Positions 53,777 to 57,349 of a stretch of DNA of 57,349 nucleotides are shown piece after piece. The notes under the pieces are model-generated. The model was given only the letters and a program-made list of their open reading frames with translations, was not told the DNA's origin and searched no databases. The DNA is from an uncultured Gammaproteobacteria bacterium (GTDB taxonomy: Bacteria; Patescibacteriota; Patescibacteriia; UBA1558; GWA2-36-10). Within the stretch, counting starts at the first letter, position 1; each line of letters starts with the position of its first letter. The translations under genes were made by a program, and so were the position numbers. The stretch spans positions 1 to 57,349 of the forward strand of contig CAZXZY010000002.1 of the NCBI GenBank assembly GCA_964645825.1, written 5' to 3'.

Positions 53777-54526
53777 TTAATTAATAATAACTTTGGTGCC
53801 AACTTGCGACCAATCATAAAGTGGCTCCATATTTTCATAATCTACATTAACACAACCGTGACTCATAGGTTGGCCAAAATTATCATGCCAATAAGCCCCG
53901 TGAATCCAATAACGATAATAGCGAGTGGTAAAATGCATGTTCCATTTGGTATTAGGATAATCATAATCCCCGCCACCATAATGCTTGACTGGCTGCTTAT
54001 CTAAAACAGTAAATTGACCCTCTGGCGTGTCCATGCCTGACACGCCACTAGAAATAGCAAAACCGTCAATCAATTTATCGCCAAAATAATAGCTCAAATA
54101 TTGATCAGCAATATTAACTTGAATGAGTCTTTCTTTGATCTCTGCGCTATCATCTAAAGGATCATGACTAGTAGCCATTTCTACGCCATCAGCATATGAA
54201 TCACCATCGGTATCAGCTTGCATCAAATCTGTGCCCATTTTGAGCTCCCAATAGTCATTTAATTCATCACTATCACTATCCACATCAATAAACCTCTTAT
54301 TTTCTCCATGACGTGGTGAATAGCCATTTTCTACTTCTACGCCATCACTAAATCCATCACCATCTGTGTCAGCGTTTAGTGGATCAGTATAATAAATATC
54401 TGTCTCTTGGCCATTAGTTAGACCGTCATTATCTGTGTCACAAGGACCAAAAAAACATTCTTCAGCAGCAAAAGCTGTTGTTGATAACAAAATAAAAGTA
54501 AATAATACAGTAAATACTATTTTCAT
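53777..54526 (-). CDS. L,D-transpeptidase (YkuD) with N-terminal thrombospondin type-3-like Ca-binding repeats
   Basis: DTDNDGLTNGQE, DTDGDGFSDGVE, DSDSDELNDYWE and DTDGDSYADGVE. Catalytic IHGAYWHDNFGQPMSHGCVNV. Confidence 0.85.
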   Translation of the reverse strand: MKIVFTVLFTFILLSTTAFAAEECFFGPCDTDNDGLTNGQETDIYYTDPLNADTDGDGFSDGVEVENGYSPRHGENKRFIDVDSDSDELNDYWELKMGTDLMQADTDGDSYADGVEMATSHDPLDDSAEIKERLIQVNIADQYLSYYFGDKLIDGFAISSGVSGMDTPEGQFTVLDKQPVKHYGGGDYDYPNTKWNMHFTTRYYRYWIHGAYWHDNFGQPMSHGCVNVDYENMEPLYDWSQVGTKVIIN

Positions 54527-54540
54527 ATTTTAAGTATATC

Positions 54541-54566
54541 AAAAAATCGCAGATTATGCGATTTTT
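54541..54566 (-). terminator. Intrinsic terminator after rlmN
   Basis: Minus strand reads AAAAATCGCA-TAATC-TGCGATTTTTT. Confidence 0.7.
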
Positions 54567-54569
54567 AAG

Positions 54570-55574
54570 TTATTTCTTTTTCTTTTTATTGGCTAGTTGT
54601 CCACAGGCAGCATCTATGTCTTGTCCTAATTCAAATCGCTGAGTAACTTCTACATCGTGGTGTTCTAAATATTGTCTAAAAGTAGTAATAGTCTTTTTAT
54701 CTGATGGCAAATACACACCAGTTGGATTGTAAGGAATCAGATTAACCATGAATAATGGATGTTGCATTAGGCCAGCTAATTGCTCAGCGTGTTTGATAGA
54801 ATCATTTACACCTTTGATCATCAAATATTCAAACATTACTTTGCGACCAGTTTTTTCTACATAATCATGGACTAGTTGTAATATTTTATTTAATGGCTGT
54901 CTTTTGTTAATCGGCATTAATTCACTACGCAATTTATCGTTAGGTGCATGAAGTGAAATAGCTAAATTAATTTGTAGTTTTTGTTGAGTAAACTTTTTGA
55001 TTCCATCCAAAATACCACAAGTGGAAACGGAAATACGACGAGCACCAATATTTAATCCCTTAGAATCATTTAGATAATCAATGACCGACATGACATTGTC
55101 ATAATTTGCAAATGGCTCGCCCATGCCCATGAAAACGACATTAGAAACTCGCTCGTCTTTTTCTTTTAGTAATCTTGCAAAAAATAAAACTTGTTCTAAC
55201 ATTTCACTGACTGTTAGATTTCTTTTGAAACCAAGTGTACCAGTAGCACAAAATTTACAAGCCATAGGACAGCCAACTTGAGAAGAAACACAAACAGTGT
55301 GACGACCATCTTTGTGTGACATCAAAACAGTTTCAATATGCTCACCATCCTCTAGTTTAATCAAAGTCTTAATAGTATCTTTGTCTCTAGATTGAGAAAT
55401 ATCTGTGTTGATCTCTAATGGACATTCTTTATTTAATTTTTCTTTCAGGTCTTGAGGTATATTACTTGCTTCAGACCAATTTTTTATCAAAGTCTTAAAA
55501 ATAGCTTCTTTCACTTGGGTAGTGCGAAACTTTGGTTGATCAGCTAAAATTGTGTAGAGATTGTCTAAATTCAT
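54570..55574 (-). CDS. rlmN: 23S rRNA/tRNA adenine-C2 methyltransferase (radical SAM)
   Basis: VSSQVGCPMACKFCATG ... NVVFMGMGEP ... ISLHAP. Confidence 0.92.
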   Translation of the reverse strand: MNLDNLYTILADQPKFRTTQVKEAIFKTLIKNWSEASNIPQDLKEKLNKECPLEINTDISQSRDKDTIKTLIKLEDGEHIETVLMSHKDGRHTVCVSSQVGCPMACKFCATGTLGFKRNLTVSEMLEQVLFFARLLKEKDERVSNVVFMGMGEPFANYDNVMSVIDYLNDSKGLNIGARRISVSTCGILDGIKKFTQQKLQINLAISLHAPNDKLRSELMPINKRQPLNKILQLVHDYVEKTGRKVMFEYLMIKGVNDSIKHAEQLAGLMQHPLFMVNLIPYNPTGVYLPSDKKTITTFRQYLEHHDVEVTQRFELGQDIDAACGQLANKKKKK

Positions 55575-57347
55575 TTATTTAACTTTTTTACGCATATTCT
55601 CTTGTAAAACTTGTTTGCGTAAACGAATATTGTGTGGAGTAATTTCTAAGTATTCATCATCGGACATCATTTCTAAACCGCGCTCAATAGTAATCTCAAT
55701 TGGTTTGGTCAAATTGATGGCCTCATCGGCTCCAGAAGAGCGCATATTGGTCAATTGCTTACCTTTGGTAGGATTTACAGTCATTGCTTCACCTTTGGCT
55801 GTATTACCAATAACCATGCCTTCATAAACCTCTGTATTTGGAGCAATATATAGCTCTCCTCTGTCTTGAAGATTAAATAAAGCAAAGCCCAAAGCTTTTC
55901 CAGTGATCATAGAAATCATAGCGCCAGTATCTTTGTGATCAATCGGACCGGCGTGTTTTTTGAATCCTAAACCATGAGCGGCAATAATACCTTCGCCTTT
56001 GGTATCTACTACAAATTCTCCTCGGTAGCCTAATAAACCACGCGTAGGAATTTCAAAATTCATCTGAGTAGTGGCTTCAGTTTGAATATTAGTCATAATA
56101 CCTTTACGACGAGAAAGTTTTTCAATAACTGCACCAGACATATCATGTGGCACATCAACAACTACTTCCTCATAAGGTTCTAGTTTTTCACCATTTTCTT
56201 CTTTGATAATAGCATGTGGCTGAGAAACTTGCACTTCATAACCTTCACGACGCATTTGTTCAAGCAAAATAGCAATGTGCATTTCACCACGGCCATAGAT
56301 TTTGTAATAATCTCCAGCGTCAAAATCAATCTTCAAACCAACATTAACTTCTAATTCTTTTTCTAAACGTTCTTTGATTTTGGAATTAGTAACGTATTTG
56401 CCATCACGACCAGCAAAAGGAGAATTATTAATCATCAAATCCATAGAAATAGTTGGCTCATCTACATGAATAGCCGGCAAAGACTCTTGATCTTCATTTT
56501 GGCAAATAGTTTCACCAATATCAATATCAGCAATTCCAGCGATCATAACCAATTCACCAGCTTCCGCTTCTTTTACTTCTTGGCGTTCAAAACCATGAAA
56601 AGTATAAAGCTTAGTAATTGAGCCTTGGCGTAAATCTCCAGCTACATTTTTGATGAAAAGTTTTTGTCCGTGTTTAATAACACCTTCATAGATACGACCA
56701 ATAGCTAGTCGTCCTAAATAATCATCATAAGCTAGATTAAAAGGCTGCATTCTTAATGGTGTATCAATATTGTGTGGCGCAATCGGCACATGTTCTAAAA
56801 TAGAATCTAACAACGGAGACAAATCTGTAAATTCATCTTCCATGTTTCGTTTAGCGACACCTTGAATACCGATAGCATAAACTGTATGAAAAGCTAATTG
56901 CTCATCATCAGCGCCAAGATCCATGAATAATTCCAAAACTTGATCTTCAACTTTGACAACATCAGCGGCTGGTTTATCTATTTTATTAATAACTACAATA
57001 GGTTTTAATCCTAGCTCTAAAGATTTTTTCAAGACAAACTTAGTTTGCGGCATTGGGCCTTCTTGAGCATCAACAACCAATAGTACTGAATCAATAGATC
57101 GTAAAACACGCTCTACTTCAGAACCAAAATCAGCATGACCAGGAGTATCAACGATATTAACTTTGGTATCTTTATAGACCAAAGAAGCATTTTTAGCATA
57201 AATAGTAATACCACGCTCTTGTTCTAGAGCGTTTGAGTCCATACTTTGACCATCTTCTACCATGCCTGTTTGACGCATCATAGCATCAGTTAGAGTAGTT
57301 TTTCCGTGATCAACGTGAGCAATAATAGCAATATTACGAATATCCAT
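55575..57347 (-). CDS. typA: Translational GTPase TypA/BipA
   Basis: IRNIAIIAHVDHGKTTLTD ... DTPGHADFG ... NKIDK. 590 aa, full length (ATG at 57347). Confidence 0.93.
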   Translation of the reverse strand: MDIRNIAIIAHVDHGKTTLTDAMMRQTGMVEDGQSMDSNALEQERGITIYAKNASLVYKDTKVNIVDTPGHADFGSEVERVLRSIDSVLLVVDAQEGPMPQTKFVLKKSLELGLKPIVVINKIDKPAADVVKVEDQVLELFMDLGADDEQLAFHTVYAIGIQGVAKRNMEDEFTDLSPLLDSILEHVPIAPHNIDTPLRMQPFNLAYDDYLGRLAIGRIYEGVIKHGQKLFIKNVAGDLRQGSITKLYTFHGFERQEVKEAEAGELVMIAGIADIDIGETICQNEDQESLPAIHVDEPTISMDLMINNSPFAGRDGKYVTNSKIKERLEKELEVNVGLKIDFDAGDYYKIYGRGEMHIAILLEQMRREGYEVQVSQPHAIIKEENGEKLEPYEEVVVDVPHDMSGAVIEKLSRRKGIMTNIQTEATTQMNFEIPTRGLLGYRGEFVVDTKGEGIIAAHGLGFKKHAGPIDHKDTGAMISMITGKALGFALFNLQDRGELYIAPNTEVYEGMVIGNTAKGEAMTVNPTKGKQLTNMRSSGADEAINLTKPIEITIERGLEMMSDDEYLEITPHNIRLRKQVLQENMRKKVK

Positions 57348-57349
57348 AG

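Noticed and set aside
1-57349. Search for CRISPR arrays, tRNA/rRNA genes, transposases, integrases and inverted terminal repeats.
   Set aside because: By eye I found no regularly spaced direct repeats, no tRNA T-loop or acceptor patterns in any intergenic gap, and no recombinase-like ORFs. The only repeats noted are the terminator pair (23 and 3902), the short shared blocks in the 42.3-43.7 kb array, and intragenic protein repeats.

Overview
Most of the window (about 3.9-57.3 kb) is very AT-rich and gene-dense, almost all on the minus strand. It looks like a reduced CPR/Patescibacteria-type genome; that assignment is inferred from gene content and cannot be confirmed here.

Contents in order:
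- (a) A compositionally foreign plus-strand block (1-3.9 kb) encodes a C25 (gingipain-like) peptidase and a BNR/Asp-box protein with a T9SS-type C-terminal sorting domain. It is bracketed by two copies of the same terminator hairpin.
- (b) A glycan locus (3.9-12.6 kb) has three GT2 genes, GT-B/GT4 genes, a Wzx flippase and a fused double GT4.
- (c) The infA-rpmJ-rpsM-rpsK-rpsD-rpoA-rplQ-rplM-rpsI operon; its RpoA lacks the alpha C-terminal domain.
- (d) A truncated dcw cluster (mraY-murD-ftsW-[pilin-like]-murG-murC-murB).
- (e) A second glycan and nucleotide-sugar locus (27-38 kb): rmlA, an NRS/ER-type epimerase/reductase, rmlB, UXS, GT2/GT4 genes and GtrA.
- (f) A secreted S8 protease with FG-GAP repeats, a glycoside hydrolase and an EamA transporter.
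- (g) A 1.55-kb ORF-poor, GC-rich gap (42.2-43.8 kb). It resolves into five tandem mini transcription units, each with a consensus promoter, a short structured RNA or sORF, and an intrinsic terminator.
- (h) Directly next to that gap, a solitary OLD-family (ATPase+Toprim) nuclease sits in an apparent operon with a UgtP-like lipid glycosyltransferase and a 26-aa basic sORF.
- (i) hup, a SAM-I riboswitch with metK, an FN3 surface protein, trmB, an orphan encapsulated-ferritin-like gene, an L,D-transpeptidase, rlmN and typA.

I saw no tRNA, rRNA, CRISPR array or transposase. The mini-unit array beside the OLD nuclease is my best candidate for something undescribed.
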